Counted from the first letter of the stretch, positions 1 through 7,886 are shown. The stretch: 24,263 bases of DNA from an uncultured bacterium (GCA_964547385.1 CAZJNB010000004.1:1-24263); one strand, 5' to 3'. Program-made: numbers and translations. The notes: a model not told the origin generated them from the sequence alone.

Positions 1-503
1 ATGAGAACCTCGTAGGCCTTCGAGCCGTAGAGGATGAAAATAGACGTGGCGCCCAAAAGGCCCAGGCCGACGCAGAACATCCCGGCGATGGTCCCGGTCT
101 GGAACGCGATCGTGAGCGCCTTCTTATACGACGTGCGCGCGGCGTAGGCACAGCGGACGTTCCCGCGGACCGCCAGGCTCATCCCCACCAGGCCGATGAG
201 GGCCGAGAAGAACGCGCCCAACAGGAACGCGCCCGCGCGGCCGAACTGCATCACGAGCGTATCGCCGGTGAAAAACAGGCCCGCCGCTATTACGACGGTG
301 AGAAATACTATGGTCTTGAACTGGCGGCTGAGGTAGGCCCGCGCGCCCCGTTGAATGGCCCGGGCGATCTTCTGCATCGCCGGCGTCCCGGTGTCGTATC
401 TCAAAATCCGACGGACGATTAATAGCGCGTAGCCGATGCCCACGAACGCCGAGCCGAAGACGGTCCAGAGCGCTATTTTCTCGAACAGCGTATACGAAGC
501 CAT
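1..503 (-). CDS. hppA: Membrane-bound H+/Na+-translocating pyrophosphatase, N-terminal ~167 codons. The gene continues beyond the left edge of the window.
   Basis: Translating the reverse complement from the ATG at 503..501 gives MASYTLFEKIALWTVFGSAFVGIGYALLIVRRILRYDTGTPAMQKIARAIQRGARAYLSRQFKTIVFLTVVIAAGLF... with no stop before position 1. The MQKIA-AIQ-GA-AYL-RQ(F/Y)KTI block and the following TM helices are the conserved N-terminus of V-type pyrophosphatases. An AAGGAG Shine-Dalgarno motif (reverse complement of 506..512) sits 6 nt upstream. The track's 124..633 ORF is a different, spurious frame of this same region. Confidence 0.85.
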   Translation of the reverse strand, partial: MASYTLFEKIALWTVFGSAFVGIGYALLIVRRILRYDTGTPAMQKIARAIQRGARAYLSRQFKTIVFLTVVIAAGLFFTGDTLVMQFGRAGAFLLGAFFSALIGLVGMSLAVRGNVRCAYAARTSYKKALTIAFQTGTIAGMFCVGLGLLGATSIFILYGSKAYEVL

Positions 504-561
504 CAAATCTCCTTAAATTAAATCGGCGGCCCGCCTGAGCCGTCATCCTTAAAGTTGCGCG

Positions 562-590
562 AAAATAACACAACCGCCGCCGCATGTCAA
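562..590 (-). promoter_or_regulatory. Candidate sigma70-type promoter for hppA. Read on the minus strand: TTGACA, 17 nt, TATTTT.
   Basis: On the minus strand: TTGACAtgcggcggcggttgtgtTATTTT. The -35 hexamer is the reverse complement of 585..590 and the -10 is the reverse complement of 562..567, placed about 55 nt upstream of the ATG. The consensus may not apply to this lineage. Confidence 0.3.
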
Positions 591-600
591 ACGAAAGCGA

Positions 601-622
601 GCGCCGGCCCAAGCGCCGGCGC
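601..622 (-). terminator. Candidate intrinsic terminator after the cytochrome c gene: a GC hairpin (GCGCCGGC / GCCGGCGC, 6-nt loop) followed on the minus strand by UCGCUUUCGUUUG.
   Basis: A perfect 8-bp inverted repeat at 601..608 and 615..622 lies 28 nt downstream of the cytochrome c stop codon. On the transcribed (minus) strand it is followed by a U-rich run. Confidence 0.4.
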
Positions 623-649
623 CCGCATCCCAACGTAATATTCGGATTA

Positions 650-1087
650 TTAGAGCGACCCTAAGTACGCGAGGAGATTTAGCATCTCGGGACTATCCTC
701 TGTCAGCGCCTCGCCCTTGAGCGGCATCGTAATGCAGAAGTTCACGACCTCGGCGAGCGTTACTTCCTTCTTCGGGTCGTGCATCATAAAGACGCCGGGG
801 TAGCGGTCCTTGACGCCGGTGAGGGGCTTGGTCGCCATCTCTCCTTCCATCCCCTTCGTCCCGCCTTCCGGATGGCACGATTCACAACTCTTGCCGTTCG
901 TCCCCAGGCCGACGTCTTTGAACAGCTCGAGGCCCTTCGCGACGTCGCCGGCCGCTACGGGCGCGGCGGTCTCTCCCGTCTCCGCCGTTACGGCGGTCTC
1001 CTCGACCGGCGTTTCCTTCTTCTTGCAGGCGACGAAGAGGCCGGCAAGGATAACGACAACCGATAACGCGATTAAAAATGCGCGCAT
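650..1087 (-). CDS. Class I c-type cytochrome (monoheme), secreted, probably a lipoprotein.
   Basis: 145 aa. The N-terminal signal peptide MRAFLIALSVVVILAGLFVAC carries a lipobox-like cysteine. A single CESCH (CxxCH) heme-binding motif is present, with Met-rich segments downstream. A perfect AAGGAGG Shine-Dalgarno (reverse complement of 1092..1098) sits 4 nt upstream of the ATG. Confidence 0.7.
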   Translation of the reverse strand: MRAFLIALSVVVILAGLFVACKKKETPVEETAVTAETGETAAPVAAGDVAKGLELFKDVGLGTNGKSCESCHPEGGTKGMEGEMATKPLTGVKDRYPGVFMMHDPKKEVTLAEVVNFCITMPLKGEALTEDSPEMLNLLAYLGSL

Positions 1088-1174
1088 ACTTCCTCCTTAA
1101 GGCTTAGCGGTTACGTATAGGACGGCGTCCGATGACGTACTGTTAACGCCACTCCATTTCAACTTGCTTTATGC

Positions 1175-1188
1175 TAACATAAATGTTA
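1175..1188. promoter_or_regulatory. 14-bp palindrome TAACATAAATGTTA in the divergent cytochrome-c / SHOCT intergenic region. Candidate operator.
   Basis: TAACAT (1175..1180) and ATGTTA (1183..1188) are exact reverse complements separated by a 2-nt spacer. A related GTTAAC half-site lies at about 1142..1147. The palindrome sits in the AT-rich divergent promoter region. Confidence 0.3.
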
Positions 1189-1224
1189 ATCACATACAGT
1201 TTAGTATTAATCGTCGGTTGGTTG

Positions 1225-1249
1225 ATTAGCGGCGCGGGCACCCGCTAAT
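1225..1249. other. Hairpin ATTAGCGG-(9 nt)-CCGCTAAT immediately abutting the ATG of a small ORF.
   Basis: An 8-bp perfect stem (1225..1232 and 1242..1249) with the loop cgcgggcac. Its function is unknown. It could be an attenuator or terminator-like element, or a protein binding site. Confidence 0.3.
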
Positions 1250-1429
1250 ATGAATAACGCTCTTATTATCGTCGTATACGCCACGCCGGCCGCGGCGGCC
1301 GCCGTGGCCTTCGCGATGATGTTCCGCCTGGGCCGGGGGGGCGGCGGCAAGGCCGGCGGCGCCGCGCGAGGAGAGCCCGTTTGCTCGGGCCGGGCCAAAG
1401 GAAATGCCCTCTTAACGGACCATCTATAA
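1250..1429 (+). CDS. Possible small membrane peptide (59 aa). It is not in the supplied ORF track because it falls below the length cutoff.
   Basis: ATG at 1250 through TAA at 1427..1429 translates to MNNALIIVVYATPAAAAAVAFAMMFRLGRGGGGKAGGAARGEPVCSGRAKGNALLTDHL. It has one hydrophobic helix followed by a Gly/Arg-rich tail. It ends 15 nt before the SHOCT gene, so it could be co-transcribed. There is no clear Shine-Dalgarno motif. Its GC3 is high, like the real genes. Confidence 0.2.
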   Translation: MNNALIIVVYATPAAAAAVAFAMMFRLGRGGGGKAGGAARGEPVCSGRAKGNALLTDHL

Positions 1430-1443
1430 TAGAGGTGAGATTA

Positions 1444-1752
1444 ATGAAGCGTCTGATCTGGGCGGCGGCGACGACTTTGTTTCCCGCCGCGATCGCGTTC
1501 GGCCACGTCAACGACAGCTCGCATATGGGCGGGTGGCCGCTGATGGGCGGCGGCATGTGGTGTTTTGCATTTTGGAGCCTAATCGGCGGCGTCGCGTTGC
1601 TTCTGGTCGTCTTGGCGGTAAAATATTTTATGCGGAAAAGGACCGCGGGAACGTCCGAAAAAAGCGGCCTGGATATACTGAAAGAGCGTTACGCGAAAGG
1701 CGAGATATCCAAGGCCGAGTTCGAGGAGATGAAGAGAGCCCTTTCCGAATAA
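1444..1752 (+). CDS. COG3462/DUF2078-type membrane protein with a C-terminal SHOCT domain.
   Basis: Starting from the ATG at 1444 (AGGTGA Shine-Dalgarno 5 nt upstream), the protein reads MKRLIWAAATTLFPAAIAFGHV...GGWPLMGGGMWCFAFWSLIGGVALLLVVLAVKYF...LDILKERYAKGEISKAEFEEMKRALSE. The Gly/Met/Trp-rich TM segment and the LxxRYAxGEIxxEEF tail are the hallmarks of this family. The track ORF starting at 1381 is an in-frame upstream extension that has no ribosome-binding site. Confidence 0.7.
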   Translation: MKRLIWAAATTLFPAAIAFGHVNDSSHMGGWPLMGGGMWCFAFWSLIGGVALLLVVLAVKYFMRKRTAGTSEKSGLDILKERYAKGEISKAEFEEMKRALSE

Positions 1753-1975
1753 CTCGGTGCCCCGTGCGGCCGCTTCGTCTACGGCCCAGGTGATTTCAAC
1801 CTTTCGATGTCGCGTCTTCACTTGTTAATAATCGGCCGTTTTGTTAGAAAAGTTTTGTAAAATGACGAAAGGCGTTACGGCGTCGCGCGGCGGCGCGCGA
1901 GGAGAGCCGGCAGGTTTGCCGGGAAGCGCGGCGTCCGCGGAAAGGGCATAATTGCCGGGAAGGGTGGTGGAGCAA

Positions 1976-2224
1976 ATGGCTGGAGCCAAACTAAATCCGC
2001 TCGCGTTAGGGTACGCGGCCGCGATCGTCTCCGCGGTGAGTATGTTGTTGCTCGGCATATTGGGAAAGCTGGGGATTTACGCCGGCGCCGCCGAGATGAT
2101 GTCGCAATGGCATATGTTCTTTTCCTTGAGCCTGTGCGGGATAATCGCCGGTATGGTCGAAGCGGCTGTTATGGGCTTTGTGGGCGCAACCGTCTTCGGG
2201 TGGCTCTATAACAGGTTCGTCTAA
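1976..2224 (+). CDS. Small hypothetical 2-TM membrane protein (82 aa).
   Basis: ATG at 1976 is preceded by GGTGGTGGAG. The product MAGAKLNPLALGYAAAIVSAVSMLLLGILGKLGIYAGAAEMMSQWHMFFSLSLCGIIAGMVEAAVMGFVGATVFGWLYNRFV has two predicted TM helices. I do not recognise a family. The 1952 start given in the track is less likely. Confidence 0.45.
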   Translation: MAGAKLNPLALGYAAAIVSAVSMLLLGILGKLGIYAGAAEMMSQWHMFFSLSLCGIIAGMVEAAVMGFVGATVFGWLYNRFV

Positions 2225-2526
2225 GCCGAGGCCCGCGCGATAAATAAAACGCGGGCGCCGTATCATCGCACGATACCCCCGCCGGCCTCTCCGCCGGCGC
2301 CGCCGCCGACGCTCTCGGCGGCTGCCCCTCCGGCTAACGTAAGTGAGGGCGCGGCGCTGGCCGGAGGCGCCGTCGCCTAACGTCCTATCCCTTTATTTGT
2401 CATATATAATACCTTCAGGGCCCTACATCTTGGGGCTCTCGGCGTAGATACCACACTATGTTGCGTTTTCCCTTGCTAAAAACCGGCCCCTTTGTTAAAA
2501 TGGTCGCGTAATAAAGGGTTGAGGAA

Positions 2527-5500
2527 ATGCGGCTTAGCGCCATAGAAATATTCGGCTTCAAATCGTTCCCCCACCGGACGCGTATTGACTTCGGCCCGGG
2601 CATCGCCGCGGTCGTCGGCCCCAACGGCTGTGGCAAGTCGAACATCGCCGACGCGTTCCGCTGGGCGTTGGGCGAGCAGTCCGCCAAGTCGCTCCGCGGC
2701 GACGTTATGGAGGACCTCATTTTCAACGGCACGGCCGACACGCCGCCGCTCTCGTTGGCGGAGGTCTCCCTATATTTCGACGAGGTTGGCGGCCACCTTC
2801 CCCTGGACGCCGACGAGGTAGTCGTTACCCGCCGGATGTACCGGCAAGGCGAGTCCCACTGTTTCCTAAACGGCAAGCCCGTTCGCCTGAAAGATATTCG
2901 CGAGCTCTTTGCCGACACCGGCTTGGGGCGAACCTCTTACGCCGTAATGGAACAAGGGATGGTAGAGGCGATTATCCGGGCCAAAGCGGACGAACGGCGG
3001 GCGCTCTTCGAGGAAGCCGCGGGCATCAGGAACTACCGGGCGAAACGGGCCGAGGCCACGCGCAAACTCGCCGACGTCCAGCTGAACGTGGAACGGCTGG
3101 AAGACCTCCTCAGCGAATACCGGCGCCAGGCGCGCGCCCTCAAACGTCAAGCGGGCGCGGCGCGCCGCCACCACGGCCTGTTGCATAGACTGCGCGAACT
3201 CGACCTCGGCCTCGCGAAGTTGAAGTATACCGCCGGCGGCGAAAAGAAGAAAGCCGCGGTGGCCCGCCGCGACGAATTCGCCGCCGCGTACCGCGGCGCG
3301 AAATCGCGCGCCGCCAACGCCTCCGCCGAGCTCGCACGCCTCGGCGCCGAGGGCGCCGCCGCCGAGCTCGAGCTCGAGCAAAAAGAGAAAGCCCTCCTCG
3401 CGCGCCAGCGGGAACTTAAAGAGGCCGAGGCCGCGCACCAGCTAGCCGTAGAACGACACCGGTCCGTAACCGAGAACATCGCCCGCCTTCGCGCCGAGCG
3501 CGGCCGCCTGGCGGACGAGCTCGTGCACGCCGAGCAAGAAGAACGAAAGCTCGCCGGCGATAAAGAGGAATACGCCCGTCGTATAACCGAGGCGGAAAGC
3601 CGGGCCGCGCGCGGCCGAGAAGAGCTCGCCACGGCCCTCGAGCGCGAGGCCGCCCTCGCCCGCGAAGTCGAAGACGCGCGCGCCGAACAACTCCGCCGCT
3701 TCGAGAAACGGACGCGCCTCGCCAACCTCCACGCTACCGCCGCGGCCGCGCGCGAAAGCCTCGCCCGCGAACTCGCGCGGATGCGCGGCGAAGCCCAACA
3801 GGCCTCGCTCCTCTTCGACGAACGCTTGGCCTCCCAGGAGAAGGCCGGCGAGGAACTCTCCTCTCTCCGGAGCGAGCTGGCGCAATCTCGGGCCGCGGCC
3901 GAGGAGCTCACGGCTTCCGACCAACGCCTCACGGCGGCGCTCGCGGCGGCCGAGGCCGCGGCGGCCGAAGCCGCGGCCCGCTACGAAAGCGTCCGCTCCC
4001 GATTATCTTCCCTCCAAGAGCTTGCCCGCCGCTTCGAATCTTTCGGCGCCGGCGTCGCCGCGCTTATGGAGCGGGGAACGCCCGCCGGCATCGCCGGCCT
4101 CCTGGTGGACGCGTTGAAGGTGCGGGAAGGCTACGAGGCCGCGCTCGAGGCCGCGCTGGGGCCCGCCGCCGGCGCTCTCCTCGCCGCCGACTTGGCGACC
4201 GCCGCCGCTTACGGCCAACGCCTCGCGACGACGGCGAAAGGACGCGCCGCTTTCCTCGTCCCCGGCGCCGCGCGGGCCGCGGAAAGGGACTTGCCGGTCG
4301 TAGAAGGCGTCCGCGGCTGGGCGTCCGGCTTTGTAGCGGCCGGCGGCCCGTTCGGCGACGCCGTCTCCCGCCTCCTGGACAACGTCATAGTAGTCGAGGA
4401 CTTAGCCGCCCTCCGGGCGATAGCCGAGCTCTACCCGGCCGTCGCGGCCGTAACCCTCAACGGCGACCGCTGGGACGGCCGAGCGGTCTTGGTCGCCGGC
4501 GCGGCCGAGAACGCGAGCGCTACCATTCTGGGCCGTCGGGCCGAGATGGCGAAGCTCGCTACCTCCCTCCAAGAGCTTACCGCCGAAGTCAAACGCAAGA
4601 AGGCCGAGGTCGCGCGGCTCCGCATAGCACGCGAGGAACTCGCCCGCCGCAAGGACGAGAACGCCGCGCGCATAACGAAGGTCGCCGCGGCGTGTGCCAA
4701 CCTCCAAGCCGCCCTCGCGCGCGACGCGCGCGACGCCTCCAGCCAGGCCGAACGCCGGACGGTCCTCGAGCGGGAAATCGCGGGCGCGGAAGACCGCCTC
4801 GGCGACGCGTTCCGCCAAGAGGAAAACCTCGCGGGCCAACTCGCCGCTTCCGGCGCGGCGTGCGAGGAGTCCGGCCAACTCGTTACCTCCCTGGAGGAAG
4901 GACGCCGGGAAGCCCGCGCGCGCGTAGACGAGCTTCGGCGGGAGGTCGCGGAAATACGCGCCCAGGCCGCAAGCTTCCACGAGAGGTTAAACGCCGTTAC
5001 CCGCGACCGGCAGCGCCTCGCCGACTTCCGAGAGAAGGCGACGAACGAGCAGGCGCGCCGCGCCGAAAGTATAGCGCAAAAAGAAGGGGAGGAGAACGAG
5101 CTCCGCGCCGGCATCGCCGCGTGGGAGCGAGCGGTGGCGGAAAAACAAGCGGCGTTCGCCGCGGCCGACGACGACGTTAAAGACGCGCGTTCCGCCCAGA
5201 ACGAGCTCGGCGGCCGGCGCCGGGAGGCCGAGCAGGACCGCGCCGCCGCGGAAAAAGCGATGGAGGAGGTCGCCGATAGCCTCCGCGACCAGGACCTCGC
5301 GGTCGCCGAGGTGACGAGCGAGCTGAACGCCCTCGACGAGTCGTTCGCCGTAAAATACAACGTCCGCCTGAGCACCCTCGCCGCGGACCAATACGTCCTG
5401 GAGGGCGACGCCGCGACGGCGGAAGAAGAGCGGGCGGCGCTGGAACGCCGGCTCGGGAAGATGGGGGAAGTCAACTTCCGCGCGGCGCGCGAATACGAGG

Positions 5501-6099
5501 AAATCGCCGCGACGCTCGCTTCGTTGGAGGAACAACGCGCCGACCTCGCCGCGGCGCGCGCCAACCTCGACGAGAGCATCGCGCGTATCGACGCCCAAAG
5601 CCGCCGCGACTTCGTCGCTACCTTCGAACGGGTGCGCGAAGAATTTCACCGGACCTTCCAAGAAGCCTTCGGCGGCGGCCAGGCCGACATCAACCTCCAG
5701 CCGGGCGTCGACCCCCTGGAAGCGGGTATATATATCTACGCGCAGCCGCCCGGGAAGAAGATGGAACACCGCTCGCTCTTGTCCGGCGGCGAAAAGGCCC
5801 TTACCGCGATCGCGCTCATCTTCGCGCTCTTCAACGTTCGGCCCGCGCCCTTTGCGATTATGGACGAAGTCGACGCGCCGCTGGACGAAAATAATATCGA
5901 GCGCTTCCTCGGCCTCCTCAACCGCTACCGCGACCGGGCACAGTTTATGTTGATAAGCCACGCCCGCCGGACGATGGAGGCCGCGGACGCCATCTACGGC
6001 ATCACGATGGAACGTAAGGGGATATCGAAAGTCCTCTCCTTAAAGCTCGAGGAAATACCGGCGGAATACTTGGAGCCCGCGGCGGCCGCCGCCGGCTAA
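2527..6099 (+). CDS. smc: Chromosome segregation/condensation ATPase SMC (1190 aa).
   Basis: The N-terminus is MRLSAIEIFGFKSFPHRTRIDFGPGIAAVVGPNGCGKSNIADAFRWALGEQSAKSLRG, which includes the Walker A motif GPNGCGKSN. A long Ala/Glu/Arg/Leu coiled coil follows, then the hinge (GIAGLLVDALKVREGYEAALEAALG), then the C-terminal signature LSGGEKALTAIALIFALF and Walker B IMDEVDAPLDE. A GAGG Shine-Dalgarno motif sits 5 nt upstream. Confidence 0.92.
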   Translation: MRLSAIEIFGFKSFPHRTRIDFGPGIAAVVGPNGCGKSNIADAFRWALGEQSAKSLRGDVMEDLIFNGTADTPPLSLAEVSLYFDEVGGHLPLDADEVVVTRRMYRQGESHCFLNGKPVRLKDIRELFADTGLGRTSYAVMEQGMVEAIIRAKADERRALFEEAAGIRNYRAKRAEATRKLADVQLNVERLEDLLSEYRRQARALKRQAGAARRHHGLLHRLRELDLGLAKLKYTAGGEKKKAAVARRDEFAAAYRGAKSRAANASAELARLGAEGAAAELELEQKEKALLARQRELKEAEAAHQLAVERHRSVTENIARLRAERGRLADELVHAEQEERKLAGDKEEYARRITEAESRAARGREELATALEREAALAREVEDARAEQLRRFEKRTRLANLHATAAAARESLARELARMRGEAQQASLLFDERLASQEKAGEELSSLRSELAQSRAAAEELTASDQRLTAALAAAEAAAAEAAARYESVRSRLSSLQELARRFESFGAGVAALMERGTPAGIAGLLVDALKVREGYEAALEAALGPAAGALLAADLATAAAYGQRLATTAKGRAAFLVPGAARAAERDLPVVEGVRGWASGFVAAGGPFGDAVSRLLDNVIVVEDLAALRAIAELYPAVAAVTLNGDRWDGRAVLVAGAAENASATILGRRAEMAKLATSLQELTAEVKRKKAEVARLRIAREELARRKDENAARITKVAAACANLQAALARDARDASSQAERRTVLEREIAGAEDRLGDAFRQEENLAGQLAASGAACEESGQLVTSLEEGRREARARVDELRREVAEIRAQAASFHERLNAVTRDRQRLADFREKATNEQARRAESIAQKEGEENELRAGIAAWERAVAEKQAAFAAADDDVKDARSAQNELGGRRREAEQDRAAAEKAMEEVADSLRDQDLAVAEVTSELNALDESFAVKYNVRLSTLAADQYVLEGDAATAEEERAALERRLGKMGEVNFRAAREYEEIAATLASLEEQRADLAAARANLDESIARIDAQSRRDFVATFERVREEFHRTFQEAFGGGQADINLQPGVDPLEAGIYIYAQPPGKKMEHRSLLSGGEKALTAIALIFALFNVRPAPFAIMDEVDAPLDENNIERFLGLLNRYRDRAQFMLISHARRTMEAADAIYGITMERKGISKVLSLKLEEIPAEYLEPAAAAAG

Positions 6100-6141
6100 C
6101 GTTTCCTTCCCCACCCGAAGGCGTAAACGGGATAATGAGAC

Positions 6142-6170
6142 GGGCGGCTCGTGGAGCCGCCCTCTTCTTC
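6142..6170 (+). terminator. Intrinsic terminator after smc: GGGCGGCUC-GUG-GAGCCGCCC followed by UCUUCUUC.
   Basis: A perfect 9-bp GC stem (6142..6150 and 6154..6162) with a 3-nt loop is followed by a U/C-rich tract, 43 nt after the smc stop codon. Confidence 0.55.
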
Positions 6171-6181
6171 GCGGGCTGTTG

Positions 6182-6210
6182 TTGACACCCGCCGCCTTTA
6201 TTGATATATT
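6182..6210 (+). promoter_or_regulatory. Consensus-like sigma70 promoter: TTGACA, 17 nt, TATATT. It is placed so that the transcript for the next gene would be leaderless or have a very short leader.
   Basis: TTGACA lies at 6182..6187 with an exact 17-nt spacer to TATATT at 6205..6210. The predicted TSS is about 6217..6219, and the ATG is at 6222. Confidence 0.45.
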
Positions 6211-6221
6211 AAAAGGGCTTT

Positions 6222-6995
6222 ATGGACCGAGACGACCGAGAGAGCCTGGGCGTATGCCAAGCGCACGAGGGCCGGCCGGCGATCGCGAAGTGCGCGCGCT
6301 GTGGCCGGTATTTATGCCCGTTGTGCGTTAGCCGGGGGGCCGAAGTTTCGGGTCAACTGGTCTGTGCCGAATGCACCGGCCTCCTCTTCGCGAGCCGCGG
6401 CCTGAGGCGCGAAGTCCCGTGGGAGAGCCGCGGCAACGCGTCCCGCCTCCGCGCCTTCTTCGCGACCTGGCGAGAGATTATCTTCGCGCCCCGTCGCTTT
6501 TTCGGTAGCCTCGACCCCAACGGCGGCGTATTTATGCCGCTGGTCTTCAGCGGCCTGTGCCTCGGCATCGGCCTCCTCGGCAGCCTGTGGGGCGTGGCGG
6601 AGACCGCGAACGCGCTGTTGGGACCGACGGGCGGGATGGTAGCCGCGGGCGTCGCCGTAGCCCTCGCGCCGATATCGTATATAATCTCCTTCGCCGCGAC
6701 GGTAGGTTTCTTGCACTTATTGGCGCGGGGCTTTGGCGGCCGCGCCGGCCTCCGCGCCACGACCCGCGTTACGGCATACGCGCAGGCCGCGGCGGTAGCC
6801 GAAGTTATCCCGGCCATCGGCAGCATCCTCTCGCTGGTCCTCCGGCTCTCGCTCTACGGTTGGGGCATCTCCGCGGTTCACGGCCTGTCCACCAAGAAGG
6901 CGCTGGTGATCTACTTCGTAATACTCACGACGGCGGTCGGGTTTTTATATTTCGCGACGCGGTTGGTGACGCCCTTTTTGCCGTTGGCGGCTTAA
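6222..6995 (+). CDS. Yip1-family multi-pass membrane protein with an N-terminal Cys4 zinc-ribbon.
   Basis: The N-terminus contains CQAH...CARCGRYLCPLC...CAEC, which is a zinc-ribbon pattern of paired CxxC motifs. About five TM helices follow, with Gly-rich segments (GLLGSLWG, GGMVAAGVAVALAPISYI, GFLHLLARGFGG) typical of Yip1/DUF1282 proteins. Confidence 0.55.
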   Translation: MDRDDRESLGVCQAHEGRPAIAKCARCGRYLCPLCVSRGAEVSGQLVCAECTGLLFASRGLRREVPWESRGNASRLRAFFATWREIIFAPRRFFGSLDPNGGVFMPLVFSGLCLGIGLLGSLWGVAETANALLGPTGGMVAAGVAVALAPISYIISFAATVGFLHLLARGFGGRAGLRATTRVTAYAQAAAVAEVIPAIGSILSLVLRLSLYGWGISAVHGLSTKKALVIYFVILTTAVGFLYFATRLVTPFLPLAA

Positions 6996-7031
6996 CGGGA
7001 CGCCGCGGCGGGGAGAAAACAACAGGCCTTA

Positions 7032-7886
7032 ATGCCCTCCTCAAATTTCCGGATACGGCCTAACTTCTTCTCGCCGATAGCGTTCGTGCTCGCGGTCGCG
7101 GCGGCGTTACCCGGATGCCACGGCGACGACGCCGCGCCGCCGCCGAGCGCCGCGACGGCCGGGCAAGTTGTGGGGCGGCTCGTGGCCCTCGGGCCGGACG
7201 GCCAACACCTTCCCGCGGGCGTCGCGATCTACGCCGCCGGCAAACACGAGACGCCGCGCTGGGAGGGGATGGCGGGCGAGCAGTTCGGCCTCCCGCCGGG
7301 GCGCTACGATATATTGATAGAATACTTCGGCCAAAAATACTGGCGCCGGGGCGAGCCGCTCGCCGCGGGCGAGACGACCGTAAAACTACCGATGGCGACG
7401 TTGTCCGTAGAAACGCTCTCCAGCGCCGGGGAGCGGCTAAGCGGCGAGGTCGCGGTGTTCCCGGTCGGCGCGACGAACGGCGCCGCGGCGATGCGAGGCC
7501 GGAGCTTCGAGGATATGGCCGTGCTCGGCGGCGACTACGACGTCCGCGTCGCCGTCCAGGGACGGGAGCGTTGGGTCCGAGACGTCACCCTCGCCGCGGG
7601 CGACCGTGTAACGCGGACGTTGGTTGAAGCGGTGGGATACTTACGGGTAGAAGCCGTGGACCAAAACGGGGACGCCGTCGCCGCGAAGGTTTGGATATAT
7701 AGGCCGACGTCGTCGCATACGCCCGTAGCGGCCGGCGAGAGCGGCCGCGCCGTGGCACTCCTCCCGGGGCGCTACGACGTCGCGGTCCGCGGCGCCGGCG
7801 GGCGCGATTACTCCGCCGGCGTAGCGGTCCTCGAGAACCAAACAACGGTGGAACGGTTTAACTTTTGGCGTGGGGAGGAACGTTGA
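7032..7886 (+). CDS. Secreted lipoprotein with three tandem ~80-aa carboxypeptidase-regulatory-like (Ig-like beta-sandwich) repeats.
   Basis: The signal peptide and lipobox read ...LAVAAALPGC. There are three internal repeats, each ending in a G-(R/D)-Y-D-(I/V) core: PPGRYDILIEYFGQKYW..AGETTVKLP, then LGGDYDVRVAVQGRERW..AAGDRVTRTLV, then LPGRYDVAVRGAGGRDY..ENQTTVERFNF. The pattern LpaGxYdv-v---Gy-----v-l-aGettv resembles CarboxypepD_reg/PEGA-like domains. Confidence 0.6.
   Translation: MPSSNFRIRPNFFSPIAFVLAVAAALPGCHGDDAAPPPSAATAGQVVGRLVALGPDGQHLPAGVAIYAAGKHETPRWEGMAGEQFGLPPGRYDILIEYFGQKYWRRGEPLAAGETTVKLPMATLSVETLSSAGERLSGEVAVFPVGATNGAAAMRGRSFEDMAVLGGDYDVRVAVQGRERWVRDVTLAAGDRVTRTLVEAVGYLRVEAVDQNGDAVAAKVWIYRPTSSHTPVAAGESGRAVALLPGRYDVAVRGAGGRDYSAGVAVLENQTTVERFNFWRGEER

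Noticed and set aside
124-633. 169-aa minus-strand ORF (MGCGRRRLGRRS...) from the track.
   Set aside because: It is an Arg-rich off-frame reading of the hppA coding region. The correct frame, starting at 503, gives an unmistakable pyrophosphatase N-terminus.
693-1100. ORFs 693..878(-), 779..1066(+) and 810..1100(+) overlapping the cytochrome c gene.
   Set aside because: They are antisense or off-frame products of GC-rich coding DNA, with low-complexity Arg/Pro/Ala composition and no ribosome-binding sites.
1207-1556. Minus-strand ORFs 1207..1398 and 1266..1556 (Pro/Arg-rich).
   Set aside because: They are low-complexity, antisense to the plus-strand small ORF and SHOCT gene, and have no translation signals.
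3300-3420. Short tandem GAGCTC/GCCGCC repeats in smc.
   Set aside because: They are a codon-level consequence of the AAELELEQ/AAAA coiled-coil heptads, not a nucleotide-level repeat element.
2866-5961. Long antisense or alternative-frame ORFs inside smc (2866..3438, 3147..3932, 3442..3924, 4431..5579 at 382 aa, 4987..5961 at 324 aa, 4692..5180 and others).
   Set aside because: The Ala/Glu/Arg-rich coiled-coil codons (GCC/GAG/CGC) produce stop-free antisense frames. Their products are Ser/Arg/Ala low-complexity sequences. The SMC reading frame is unambiguous.
7865-7885. TTG start for the TPR-CapA gene as listed in the track.
   Set aside because: The ATG at 7886 has a GGGAGGAA Shine-Dalgarno motif 8 nt upstream and overlaps the preceding stop (ATGA). 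The TTG would place the Shine-Dalgarno motif inside the coding sequence.
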